From Histomonas meleagridis 2922-C6/04-290x (Eukaryota > Protista > Parabasalia), in contig JAANOX010000278.1 in the NCBI GenBank assembly GCA_020184695.1, positions 455,562 to 519,561 on the forward strand: a stretch of DNA of 64,000 nt, read 5' to 3'. The notes under the pieces are model-generated. The model was not told the origin of the DNA and made no database searches. It was given only the letters and a program-made list of their open reading frames with translations. A program made the position numbers and the translations under genes. Shown here one piece after another: positions 10,747 to 21,072 of the stretch; position 1 is the stretch's first letter; each line of letters starts with the position of its first letter.

Positions 10747-11718
10747 TTATTCAACCATAAACACAAAGTTTCGATCTACTGATGTCAAAATCAAATTAAC
10801 AAGTAAAAACACAGAAAATCCAATAAAACTTACAATGATATCTCCTCTCAAGTAATCACCCAAGTTATCTTTCTCTTTGTTATCTGAAATCGTGGGAATC
10901 AAAGCGTCGTATTTGTTTTCTTCTGATGTGATCTTAAACGGTTTCCAATCAGATTTCAGCCAATTTATTGATTTGCGCGTGAAACCAAAATGAATGTACA
11001 GGAGAGCAAATATTATCATTACAGTAGTACATCTGATTACTATGTTAAGGGAACTTCTTCCAACAGGTTCGGTAAATTTATATTGCGATAATCGAAAACC
11101 AAATAATGAATATAAAATAATGGTCATAACAATCGCTATGACGGGAATCCCTATCGGTGGAATAAGGAAGAAAAAGGAAATAATCCAAATCCCACAAAAA
11201 ACACTAACAAAAATTTGTAATATTGAGGAATATTCAAATAGGATAACTAAGCAGTAAAATACAACAAAAACTGTGGAAGCAATTCGAAGAGCTATTTTGT
11301 TACCAATTTTTAAAGACCAAATCATTTGACAAAAAATCATAAGAACAAGAATTTCTGTGTTTGGTGTACGAGAACTGTGCTCTAATGCTGTGTAATCCCT
11401 TCCATTCCACTCTACACAAGGTGGACTTTGTTGGATTGAAAGATGAAATAATGATGCAATTGAAAATGAGAAGCCGAGTAAAAATACATATCTTATTATA
11501 TTTTCGCGAAGTTGGTTGTAGATACCTTGTAATTTTTTCTGTGAACCATATCCATAAAGAGAGAAAAGAAGTGGAAATGAAATCAACATTATGAAGCAAA
11601 CCAAAAGAATAATATCAAAATTTAGACGTGTCCCAATGGATAAAATGACAGCTGATGTGAACCCAGCGTCAGTATGAAAACAATCATCAAATGCAAAATC
11701 AGAAGAACTAAATAACAT
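10747..11718 (-). CDS. Multi-pass membrane protein with degenerate PAP2-like fold
   Basis: About 8-9 hydrophobic segments. IQQSPPC, RTPNTE and ILFEYSSILQIFVSVFCG sit where PAP2 motifs C1-C3 would be. Confidence 0.55.
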   Translation of the reverse strand: MLFSSSDFAFDDCFHTDAGFTSAVILSIGTRLNFDIILLVCFIMLISFPLLFSLYGYGSQKKLQGIYNQLRENIIRYVFLLGFSFSIASLFHLSIQQSPPCVEWNGRDYTALEHSSRTPNTEILVLMIFCQMIWSLKIGNKIALRIASTVFVVFYCLVILFEYSSILQIFVSVFCGIWIISFFFLIPPIGIPVIAIVMTIILYSLFGFRLSQYKFTEPVGRSSLNIVIRCTTVMIIFALLYIHFGFTRKSINWLKSDWKPFKITSEENKYDALIPTISDNKEKDNLGDYLRGDIIVSFIGFSVFLLVNLILTSVDRNFVFMVE

Positions 11719-11896
11719 CTGACATATGATATGAAAAAATTTCAAAAAAAAGTTTTCAAAGAACTGATTGAATATATTCAATGCATTAAATGACAGTATT
11801 GTTTTCGCTCAATATTTTTTGACATTTCTATAAATCGTTTTGTTGCTGTTTTGTCTTTTCTTTTCATTTAAAGTTCCAATACGAAATTTTTTTCAC

Positions 11897-12595
11897 ATGA
11901 TTAACAGAGCTGCTTTCAATGCAAGAGTATTTGCTTATAACAAAAATTATTTAATTAAAAAAATCAAATCGATTTTTAGTAAGCAGAATAACATCTTAAA
12001 AAATCTTCCTCAAGAAACGCCAATACAACCTATGCATTCAAATACGCCAGATGTTACACCAGAACCAATAAATGAAATTGAAACTAACGAAATTGAAGCC
12101 AATGAAACTATAATCAATGAAAACACAACAGAAACTCACATAGAGGAAGAAGTTCTTCCTCCAAAAAATTTCACAAGGATTTCATCTTGTATATCAAAGA
12201 TAAATTCATGTTTTGGAAGCGAGAAAGTTAGTGATTTTCTTGAATTCATCAGACCATTCTTCAATTCTTTGAAATACACAAGTGTTGGTAAGAAGAATGA
12301 CTTCTGGTCAATTGAAGGAACTCCAGCCAATTTCAAAATCAAATTTCCAAAAACACAAATTTCTGGATTTGAAATTATCAAGCAAAACAGGAGTTGTGAA
12401 ATTGAGCTGTTTGATTTAAGCACAAACATTGATGGAGAAAAAATTATTCTTTTAAAGAACCAATATCTTGAATCATCCACCAACTTCACATTTTCCAAAC
12501 CGGTTCTCACAGATAATCTTAACCTATATGCAATACAGACCAAAGAAAATAATTTTACATGTCTTTATAACTATAACATTTTGATTGAACAATAA
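11897..12595 (+). CDS. Hypothetical protein with divergent C-terminal SUN-like domain
   Basis: DFWSIEGTPANFKIKF and terminal NNFTCLYNYNI resemble SUN motifs CWAFxG and YTCLYRFRV. First ATG at 11897 (track start is TTG). Confidence 0.5.
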   Translation: MINRAAFNARVFAYNKNYLIKKIKSIFSKQNNILKNLPQETPIQPMHSNTPDVTPEPINEIETNEIEANETIINENTTETHIEEEVLPPKNFTRISSCISKINSCFGSEKVSDFLEFIRPFFNSLKYTSVGKKNDFWSIEGTPANFKIKFPKTQISGFEIIKQNRSCEIELFDLSTNIDGEKIILLKNQYLESSTNFTFSKPVLTDNLNLYAIQTKENNFTCLYNYNILIEQ

Positions 12596-12659
12596 AACTT
12601 TCAATTCTTAACATGTCATTGTTAATTGATAAAAAATAAAAATGTCAAATTTGAATTAT

Positions 12660-13247
12660 TTACTCTTTCTTTTCTTCTTTATCTTTTTCCATCTTCTCGA
12701 TTTGTTCCTTGTTGATTTGACGAGCTTCTTCGAATTTCTTCTTGAATTCTTGTGTGATTTCTGCTGTCTTGAAACGAACAGAAAGAACATCATGGGATTC
12801 AGTTCCATCAGCAAAATCAGTAGCAGTCCAAATCAAAGCACGTTCGTTACCAGCGTGTGACTTAAGTTCCATCTGTGGAAGGATGTAATGATTTGCACAA
12901 ACGCGGAATGTTTGGTTACGCCTCATTAAAATACGGCATCTTCCTGTTTCTTTGCTCTTAAGGATTTTGATAAAGCCAACGCCACGTTCCTTCCATTCTT
13001 TGCTTGTTGAATCGAAACGGTAAAGAATTGCCTTATCACCGAAAAGCTTGTCTTCTCCTGCATCTGGGTCTTCTTGTTCAACTGTTGAAGGGGCTTCTTT
13101 ATGGCTATCATCTACAGCGTTTGCATCATCTTGAGCTTGTGTTGTTGTAGCTGGAGTTGCAATAACTGGTATTGTTGGTGTTGTTGTAGCTGGTTTCTCT
13201 GCTTCAGGTGTAGCTGGTGTTGTTGGTGTTTTGTCTGCTTCAGACAT
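12660..13247 (-). CDS. RANBP1: Ran-binding protein 1 (RanBD)
   Basis: KAILYRFDSTSKEWKERGVG, RILMRRNQTFRVCANH, ALIW..DFADG, LSVRFK, FKKKFEEA. ATG at 13247. Confidence 0.93.
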   Translation of the reverse strand: MSEADKTPTTPATPEAEKPATTTPTIPVIATPATTTQAQDDANAVDDSHKEAPSTVEQEDPDAGEDKLFGDKAILYRFDSTSKEWKERGVGFIKILKSKETGRCRILMRRNQTFRVCANHYILPQMELKSHAGNERALIWTATDFADGTESHDVLSVRFKTAEITQEFKKKFEEARQINKEQIEKMEKDKEEKKE

Positions 13248-13362
13248 TTTAATGTGAACGACCATGTATAACCGCCAGTAAACGATCAAATCTTCCTGAA
13301 ACAAAGTGACACGAAAATAAAACATTGAAAAACGATTATTTTGAATATAAATTTTAGTAATA

Positions 13363-16300
13363 TTACTTCCAACGCTGGCGAAGTTGTGTGAGCCGATTCT
13401 TCAGCTCAAGGAAATTTTTAGCTTGTGTTGTGTTCGTCCGAGTATTTTGTTGTTCGTCTGTCTTTGTTGATGTGGTAGGTTGAGTATCTGTATTTGTAGG
13501 TTTTGGGGCAGTTTTCCTGGGGGAAGTCAACTGCTTTGTTACATTGTTCGGCTTTGTGTCACTTGTCTTTTGTAGTGATGAGTTCAACGGCTGAGAAGTA
13601 TTTGTAGCTTTTAATGGGGATTTAGGAAGTGTTACTTTAGTTGAGCTCGAAACATTTGTTTTATTAGTTGTACTCATTGTTGTTGTAGTTACTGTCTGTG
13701 CTTTCTTTTTATTTGTCAATGAATTAATTAACGCATTACATAGTTTCGATCGAATGTCATCATGATTAAATTCTTTCATTTTATCTTTTGCAAATGTAAT
13801 CACTCTTTGGATATCTGACTGCTGTTGCATGTCTTTAAGCTGATTAGCCAAAGCTACCCAACATTTACAATAAAATGAATCTGTAGGAATGGTTCCTCTA
13901 AAATTGCTCATTCCGCCGAGTAAACCATTGAATATTTCTATCGGCGGCAATTTATTAAATAATTTGAAAATGATCGAATTCGTTGCTTGAGAAATACCTT
14001 CCATTAACACCAATTTTCTTTGCCATCTATTTGCAATGAAGGTCACTGCAAGTAATATTTTTATTAATTCTTCTTGATCAAAATTACAATAAATTATCAT
14101 TTGATGAATCGCAATCATTACAAATTTCATTGAGACCCAATCAGTATCACTTGATAATAATTCATAAAGTAATGAATTTAGAATTACATTACTTTTATCA
14201 ATTATTGCTTTAGAATTAAGTTTCAATTGTTCTAATAAATTTCGACATAATTTAATTTTCTTAACAGAATCCATTTTCGAAAAAGAAGTGAAATCTAAAT
14301 CATTCGACATATCAATTGGAATTACTGATCTTGCAAGTTCTCTTTGATTTGGTGTCAATGATTTTATAAATTGTTCTTTTTCTGGTTTTGTCATTTTTCG
14401 ATAAAGCATTGAAAGAGCGCCGCTACATGCAGCAGCTACTTCAATAGATTTATGATCAACATAATTGATTATTTCTAAAAATATGGATGAGTTATTGTCA
14501 TTATTTCCAATGGCAAATTGTAATTCATTAAAAAGATGTACAAGTGATGTGGCATTACAAACATTAAGACATGAGCGGAGAACGTTAGAGTACTCTGATG
14601 GTTCTGAGTGCGTTCTCACGAAGAAAAGAAGGTCTAAAGAAGAACCAACAACTTGTGGAGGCTTCGATTCAATGCTCCAAAGAATAACAGGAACAAGAGA
14701 TTCAATCTCTTGTTGTGAAATTAATTCTTCTTCAAAAATGGTCATAAGAAAGTTAACACCTTCAACTATAACCTTGACATTCTTATCGAAAAATCGTGTT
14801 GATACCCAACGAACATATAAATCACTACATTGGAAAAATGTGGATTGATCAGATTCATATAAAGAACGACTTTCATTAAGACTTTCAATTTGATCTGGTA
14901 AAAGACTAGAAAACATTTTGTCAAATATTGACTGAGGTAGAATTTGTTGTGCTTCTGCTTTTAATTTTCCAATAATTGTTGTGACATTTTGACGATTTGA
15001 TATTAAAAACAATCCAAGATTTGGTTGTTGTGATTTTAGGCGTTTTATCTTTTTTGCTTGTGTTGGTGTAGAAATATATTTTGGGACATATATTTCTTTT
15101 TCTTTAACTTCTTGTTTTTCTTCATTAATGTTATTTTGTGCTTCTGCTTTATTTTGAACTACTGAACCTCTTCTATTTGGTTTCTTCGGTGATTGTGGTT
15201 GTGTATCTTTAGTTTCTTGTTTTTCTTTTTGTCTTTGGTTATTTTGGGGCGCCTCATCCTTAACGTTCTCCATGTGAGCGTTTATGTATCGTTGAGAAGC
15301 ACTTGGCAAATTTTTAAGTGCTGCATTAAAAGAATCTGGAATTTCTTGTTTAATACAAGAAGCTACTTGTATAGCAATTTGTCTAGTTGAAGACACTCTA
15401 TCTTCTAAACATTGTAAAGTAAAAGGTATTAATTTTTCCATTTCATTTTGAGGTATTTCATTAATATGTGATCGAATCCATTTAATAATTTCAAGTCTAA
15501 TATCAGGATTCGGCTTAAATGAAATGTTTGCAAATGATCTAACAAAAGGAGAAGGGGTTGCATGAACACAATAAGCATTAATTGTTTTTGTAGCTTGTTC
15601 TCTAATATTTGGTCTTTGATCAGCCCAATTTGTAACAATTGCAGGTGCAATTGTATTAACATATTTTGATATACCTTTATCAGAAGCATTAGCGATTTGT
15701 TCTAAAACAGATAAAGTCCTTAAGACAAGATTCTTATTACCATCGCCTAAATATTTCTTTAAAATTTTCATTAAATGATCTAAATCATTTGATGAAATTT
15801 GCTTGCATTTATTTAATGCTGTTTCAACATTTTCGATAAATTCTTTTTGTCCTGCCCATTTAGTTGCATTTTCTCCTTCTTTTAGTTGTTCTTCTGTTAA
15901 AAATTTGGACATTTTTACTCTTACAATATTTGCTTCAAGTGGTTTATTTTTCGATGTATTTCTTTGCCGATAAAATGTTTTTAATGGTTCAGGTAAATCT
16001 TTTGCTGTTTCGAAATCTTTTTTAAGTCTAATTAATGCATGTTCTGGTAAACCGGTTAAATAACTTTCGAAATTTTGACCAAAATATTTATATAAATATT
16101 TTGCAACAAGTGAAGCAGGTGTTTTTACTTCTGGTGTTTTATGTTGTAATAATGTAATCAAATAAGGAAAGAAATCTTTTTGTATATCACCTACACCGAA
16201 TTGTTGTATAATTTCGATACATATATCTAATGCCGATTTAATTGTTGCTGAACTTAAACTTTTTACTCCTCTATTAGTACTACAAATTTCAAAAACTTGT

Positions 16301-17964
16301 TGAAGGACAAACGAAGGACATATTAACTCTGATATAATAAGAAGTAAATCATGAATTGGTTGTTTAAGTTGTCGCATTGATAATTTTTCGATAAGATATG
16401 GAAATATGATTGATAAAATACTTTTTCGTATTTTGTTCGATTTAACAATTACATGTCGAATTATATCAATTATTACTTGGTTAACTCCAATGTTTGATTG
16501 ATTAAATCCCGGTATTTTCTCTAATCCACGAATAATCGCATCGCTAAGATCATTTAAATCTTTATATGTCGATAATTTATCTTGTAAATCATTTAAGCCG
16601 GAAATCTTTTGCTTAAAATTAGAATTTGATAGTTTCGATTGGATTTCACTTGTTATAAATTGATTCCAATTTGATAATGAAGCATCTTTTGGTATAGTGG
16701 AATCAAAGTTGGTGTCTTTTTCGGTGTCGTTTTGTATTTGTAAAGGTGGAAGTGGTAATGATAGTATTTTTGGTGTGATAACTTCTTCGCTTTTATTGAT
16801 GGATGCTGATGGTGCTGGAGCTGGAGTTGGCTGCGTTGCACTTGTGGTTTTCATTGGTGAATTTTGCATTCGTGTGCTGGCTTTAAACGCTGATGCATCA
16901 TCCAAAATGTTATCGAAATTGTAATCTGCTTTTGGAACTTCAATTTCTTCATCTTCTGTTGTTTCTTTTGGTGTGCTTCTTCTAACATTTCTCTTTGGCT
17001 GTGTTTGAACTTTTGGTTGTGTTTGAGCATTCGCTGGTTTCATTGGAGAGTTCTGCATCTTTGTGCTGGCTTTAAACGCTGATGCATCGTCCAAAATATT
17101 ATCATAATCATAATCCGCTTTTGGAACTTCTATTTCTTCATCTTCTGTTGTTTCTTTTGGAATGCTTCTTCTAACATTTCTCTTTGGCTGTGTTTGAACA
17201 TTTGCTGGCTTCATTGGGGAGTTCTGCATCTTTGTGCTGGCTTTAAACGCTGATGCATCGTCCAAAATATTATCATAATCATAATCCGCTTTTGGAACTT
17301 CTATTTCATCTTCTGTTGTTTCTTTTGGTATATTTCGTTTGATATTTCGTTTTGGCTTTGCTTGTGTAGTTTTTGGTGAATTTTGTATGCGATTACTTGA
17401 TTTAAATGCTGATGCGTCATCTTTTATTTGTTCGAATTTATATTCTTTTTGTGGTATATTAATATCTTCATCATTTTTGTCTTTTATTTGAAGATTTTGA
17501 TTCGGTTTTCGTGGCAGCTTCGGTGAGTTTTGCATTAGTAGACTCGGTTTAGATGGAAAAACTTCATCATTTAAATTATCAAAATCGTACTCTTTTTGAG
17601 GAACCTCAATTTCGTCATCATCAATAATCTTTTCTTTCGGAACATTCATTCGAATGTTTTTTCTTACATTTCTTTTTGGTTGTTGTTGTATCTTTGGGGA
17701 ATTTTGCATTAAAGTACTTGATTTGAAGGCAGCAGCTTCATCATTTAGATTATCAAAATTATAGCCTCTTTTTGGAACTTCTATTTCTTCGTTTTCGGTT
17801 TTTCTATTTTGAGATATGTTTTTTTCCTTTGATTGAATTGGCGAATTCATTACTTTAGTTGATTTTGTTGTTGGAAAAGCATCTTCTGTGAATGACTCTG
17901 GATAATAACCAGGTGGAGGATCATTTATTTCTGGACTATCCAAAGATGTTGTTGATTTCTTCAT
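13363..17964 (-). CDS. XMAP215/Dis1/ch-TOG-family microtubule-associated protein with three TOG domains and a repeat-rich N-terminus
   Basis: HEAT/TOG motifs FKQKISGLNDL, KYLGDGNKNLV, WADQRPNIREQA and TOG5-like SDLYVRWVSTRFFDKNVKV. ATG at 17964 (alternative in-frame ATG at 17997). Confidence 0.8.
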   Translation of the reverse strand: MKKSTTSLDSPEINDPPPGYYPESFTEDAFPTTKSTKVMNSPIQSKEKNISQNRKTENEEIEVPKRGYNFDNLNDEAAAFKSSTLMQNSPKIQQQPKRNVRKNIRMNVPKEKIIDDDEIEVPQKEYDFDNLNDEVFPSKPSLLMQNSPKLPRKPNQNLQIKDKNDEDINIPQKEYKFEQIKDDASAFKSSNRIQNSPKTTQAKPKRNIKRNIPKETTEDEIEVPKADYDYDNILDDASAFKASTKMQNSPMKPANVQTQPKRNVRRSIPKETTEDEEIEVPKADYDYDNILDDASAFKASTKMQNSPMKPANAQTQPKVQTQPKRNVRRSTPKETTEDEEIEVPKADYNFDNILDDASAFKASTRMQNSPMKTTSATQPTPAPAPSASINKSEEVITPKILSLPLPPLQIQNDTEKDTNFDSTIPKDASLSNWNQFITSEIQSKLSNSNFKQKISGLNDLQDKLSTYKDLNDLSDAIIRGLEKIPGFNQSNIGVNQVIIDIIRHVIVKSNKIRKSILSIIFPYLIEKLSMRQLKQPIHDLLLIISELICPSFVLQQVFEICSTNRGVKSLSSATIKSALDICIEIIQQFGVGDIQKDFFPYLITLLQHKTPEVKTPASLVAKYLYKYFGQNFESYLTGLPEHALIRLKKDFETAKDLPEPLKTFYRQRNTSKNKPLEANIVRVKMSKFLTEEQLKEGENATKWAGQKEFIENVETALNKCKQISSNDLDHLMKILKKYLGDGNKNLVLRTLSVLEQIANASDKGISKYVNTIAPAIVTNWADQRPNIREQATKTINAYCVHATPSPFVRSFANISFKPNPDIRLEIIKWIRSHINEIPQNEMEKLIPFTLQCLEDRVSSTRQIAIQVASCIKQEIPDSFNAALKNLPSASQRYINAHMENVKDEAPQNNQRQKEKQETKDTQPQSPKKPNRRGSVVQNKAEAQNNINEEKQEVKEKEIYVPKYISTPTQAKKIKRLKSQQPNLGLFLISNRQNVTTIIGKLKAEAQQILPQSIFDKMFSSLLPDQIESLNESRSLYESDQSTFFQCSDLYVRWVSTRFFDKNVKVIVEGVNFLMTIFEEELISQQEIESLVPVILWSIESKPPQVVGSSLDLLFFVRTHSEPSEYSNVLRSCLNVCNATSLVHLFNELQFAIGNNDNNSSIFLEIINYVDHKSIEVAAACSGALSMLYRKMTKPEKEQFIKSLTPNQRELARSVIPIDMSNDLDFTSFSKMDSVKKIKLCRNLLEQLKLNSKAIIDKSNVILNSLLYELLSSDTDWVSMKFVMIAIHQMIIYCNFDQEELIKILLAVTFIANRWQRKLVLMEGISQATNSIIFKLFNKLPPIEIFNGLLGGMSNFRGTIPTDSFYCKCWVALANQLKDMQQQSDIQRVITFAKDKMKEFNHDDIRSKLCNALINSLTNKKKAQTVTTTTMSTTNKTNVSSSTKVTLPKSPLKATNTSQPLNSSLQKTSDTKPNNVTKQLTSPRKTAPKPTNTDTQPTTSTKTDEQQNTRTNTTQAKNFLELKNRLTQLRQRWK
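16850..17915 (-). repeat. Seven coding repeats E-I-x-V-P-K-x-x-Y-x-F-D-N-x-x-D-D-x-x-x-F-K-x-S-x-x-M-Q-N-S-P
   Basis: Seven (M/I)(Q)NSP-ending units; the three at 16850-17340 are near-identical at DNA level. Confidence 0.9.
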
Positions 17965-18000
17965 GTTTTTCTGCAATTTTAAACGGACGTACTTCATATA

Positions 18001-18009
18001 AAACGGTTA
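18001..18009 (-). promoter_or_regulatory. M3-like core promoter motif AACCGTTT
   Basis: HRCSGTTD match about 37 nt upstream of ATG 17964. Confidence 0.4.
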
Positions 18010-18472
18010 AAGATTCAATTTGATCCTGAAATGATTTCAGCATTTACGTTTCAGTAATTAAAGTTCTACATAAATAAATGTTAGTAAAAATTAGCTAATG
18101 AATTTGATGGTATATTGAAAGGAATATTAATAGATTTTGGTTAAAAAATTGATTAATTTTCAACAAGATCTAGGATTTTTACTACATATATAAATAAAAA
18201 TAACGTGCTTTGTCATGAAAAAAATTATAATTGTGAATGTTATTAGGAATTAGTTTGTTTCGTATAGGAGAAGTCGAGTTGTTTATGATTAATTTTGATT
18301 ACATTTTATTGATAACTTTCCTAAAAAGTGTCACTGATTCCTAAGCGACCGTTTATATGAATTATTAACATCCAACTGTTCAATTTTCTTGATGACCAAT
18401 ATTCTCACATGTTTAAGTTATGAGTATTAATTTCTTATAAATTAAAATAAAATATATTTTTTCAATAATAAT

Positions 18473-19738
18473 TTAAGCTAACAATTCTTTATTTATCTGT
18501 TCTTGATTTCTATTCCAATTCTTCATGAACATTATTATCAAAAAAATATAGGTAACGGCTTGGGTATAAATGAAAAATGATGTAAAAATTGAAAATATAC
18601 CACCATAAAACAAACAAGCTATTACCCATGTGACAGTTTCCATTATCAAAGCCAAACTATTTATAGAGATTTCCAATTTTTGTAATAAACAAAGTTGAAC
18701 TGATTCGAAATAAATTCCACATATATTAATTACAGGTAAAACCCATAATAAATAATAGCAAATCATAATTCCATAAGAATGTATATCGAAATATATATTT
18801 TTGTTATTATTATTATATGACCAAGTGATAGCTATATAATTTTCAATTTGTGTTTCAGTATAAGGTAAAATTAAAGTTACTAATGTTAAAGTTATTATAA
18901 AAGTATAAACATGTATTGGAACTTTTCTTAACCTATTATAAATATATAGAGGACCGAGAAAAATTTGTTTGTAAATTGAAATTAAATCGCTTCCTTCATA
19001 AAACATATAATTTTCAAATTCATCAAGTTCTTTCTTATATGGAATCCACAGAGGAATTAAATTAAGTATTGTATCAAAAAGAAAAACAAATGCAAATGAA
19101 CGTATAATATTTTCTGTATTTGAATTTTGCAATATTTTTATAAAAAAATTAAATTCTTTATTTTCTTCAATTTTAAGTTTGTGTCTTCCATTTTTTAATG
19201 TAACATTTAGGGAATAAAGTATAATATTGTCTTTAAATTTTTTTGTCATCGGAATTTTGTAAACTTTTTTCCCTTTAGTTAACAATGTGAAATTTAATTC
19301 GTGGTTCGAGCATCCAATTACTTGTATGGTAAAATTGTTTTCATTAGGTATTTTGATTTTGCGAGATTGTATCAATGATGGAGAATGAAAAAAATTCGGT
19401 TCAAGTTTATTCATTATAGAACCATTTGTAATGTTATCATAAATAAAAGTTATTGTTGATATATTTCTATTTTTTGATATAATTTTATATATATTTTCGA
19501 TTCTAGCAGCATTTGAAGAATTGTCAAATTCAAGCATTTGAGCAAAATAAAATGGAATTTGAGGAAAACTTTTTTTATATAGAAAATGAATATAATGAAC
19601 ATTATTAATTGTTGATAATTTTGTTATGATAAAAGCACTTAAAAAGCAAATAATCAAAAAGATGATGTTTAAATAATGTGATAAAAAATATGGCAAATAA
19701 CGAACATGATATTTTTTTTCGTTTGAGATCGCTTCCAT
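18473..19738 (-). CDS. Membrane protein (N-terminal TM, lumenal domain, C-terminal multi-TM; loosely TMEM62-like layout)
   Basis: Long AT-rich ORF, first ATG at 19738 (track start is GTG), 5-6 C-terminal hydrophobic segments. Family call is weak. Confidence 0.5.
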   Translation of the reverse strand: MEAISNEKKYHVRYLPYFLSHYLNIIFLIICFLSAFIITKLSTINNVHYIHFLYKKSFPQIPFYFAQMLEFDNSSNAARIENIYKIISKNRNISTITFIYDNITNGSIMNKLEPNFFHSPSLIQSRKIKIPNENNFTIQVIGCSNHELNFTLLTKGKKVYKIPMTKKFKDNIILYSLNVTLKNGRHKLKIEENKEFNFFIKILQNSNTENIIRSFAFVFLFDTILNLIPLWIPYKKELDEFENYMFYEGSDLISIYKQIFLGPLYIYNRLRKVPIHVYTFIITLTLVTLILPYTETQIENYIAITWSYNNNNKNIYFDIHSYGIMICYYLLWVLPVINICGIYFESVQLCLLQKLEISINSLALIMETVTWVIACLFYGGIFSIFTSFFIYTQAVTYIFLIIMFMKNWNRNQEQINKELLA

Positions 19739-21072
19739 TAATGGTAAATCGATGAAGTGTGATTTGTGGAAACACCACCGGAGAACTTCCCTCAAATTGA
19801 GCACACTAAAATTTTTGAACGCACAATTTTTGAATTACTTTCAAATTTTTGAGTGAAAACCTTATTCAATTGAATTTTGAGCGGGTGCACAAAAATGGAC
19901 AGTACGATAGAACTTTTTGAAAAGTCAATTTTCCACCGTTTTAACGTTTGTTTTTTTGAGCTTTGACAAATCTGTTTCGGTGACGGTTAACTCCAAAAGA
20001 AAGAAACAGAACTAAATCTAATTAGATTCACATGTAGGTGTAACATCTATATCAACAACATTTCATATTTTCTCGGATACAAAAAATATCTTTGCGATTA
20101 CTTTGATTATATAGAATGTTTCATGAAACGGATAAAATTGCTAAGTTTTTAAATCAAGCATCTTTTAAGGTCTGTGGTACAACTTAAAAACGTTTGTATG
20201 TAAGGAATTACATTATGCGAGTACAATTTTTTTGTCATTAAAAAAGATACCATATTAAGGTTATTAATAAAGTGTTACACTAAAAGCCAATGAAACTATG
20301 TACATTAGGCTTTCTAATTTACATGTGTTTTCTCTTTTGGAAAAGTTCATCAAATTAGCATATAATTTTATCAATTGATTTGTCTAACAATTTAATGAAA
20401 AGAGTATTTTTCCAGGATACTTTGTATGTGTGGTGTAGGCGAGTCTTTCAAATCAGTGCTGATTTTTTTCAATAAAGTTTCTCAGACTAAACTTTCGTAT
20501 TCACTTCGTTACAACTTTACAGTAAATTTCGTTTTGTTGAAAGAAGAGAAATCAATGAAGTTAAGTAAACTGTGAGTACTTGTTCATCCTGAGTCTCCTT
20601 TTTTGATATGAACTGACCGATCATCCAAACGAAATTTTTTCAATGCTTTTCATTGAAAAAGGAAATTATTCTGTTGTTTATTTTATCACCGAAATAAAAA
20701 ACACTGAAATCGAAAGTAAATTTCTGAATTATTGCTAATGAAACTTTTTCCCTAACAACATCCTTCATCAACATTGTTAAATTGTAATAACACCACCCAC
20801 TAAGAAAATGCGGTTTTGGCTCAAAGTGAAAGATGAAAATGTTAGTTGTCCATTTTTAAATTCAATGCTTCAAAAATTTAGAAAACAATATTATGTAATT
20901 AACAAGCATGAAAAGTAATGCTCCCTTATTTTATGAACCCGTTTTAATTTGTGGGTTGCAAAAAAGGATCTTATGTAACTTTAAAATTTGAAAAAAACGT
21001 TTTTGTATTTCTTCTCCCCATTGAAAGACGTTTAAAAGACTATCGTTGACGGTTTTGGTCTGGCCTTTGGTA

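Noticed and set aside
20380-20660. Stop-riddled minus-strand reading with faint Hsp70-like flavour (LLNFIDFSSFNKTKFTVKL*RSEYESLV)
   Set aside because: Too short and degenerate to support a family call without a search.
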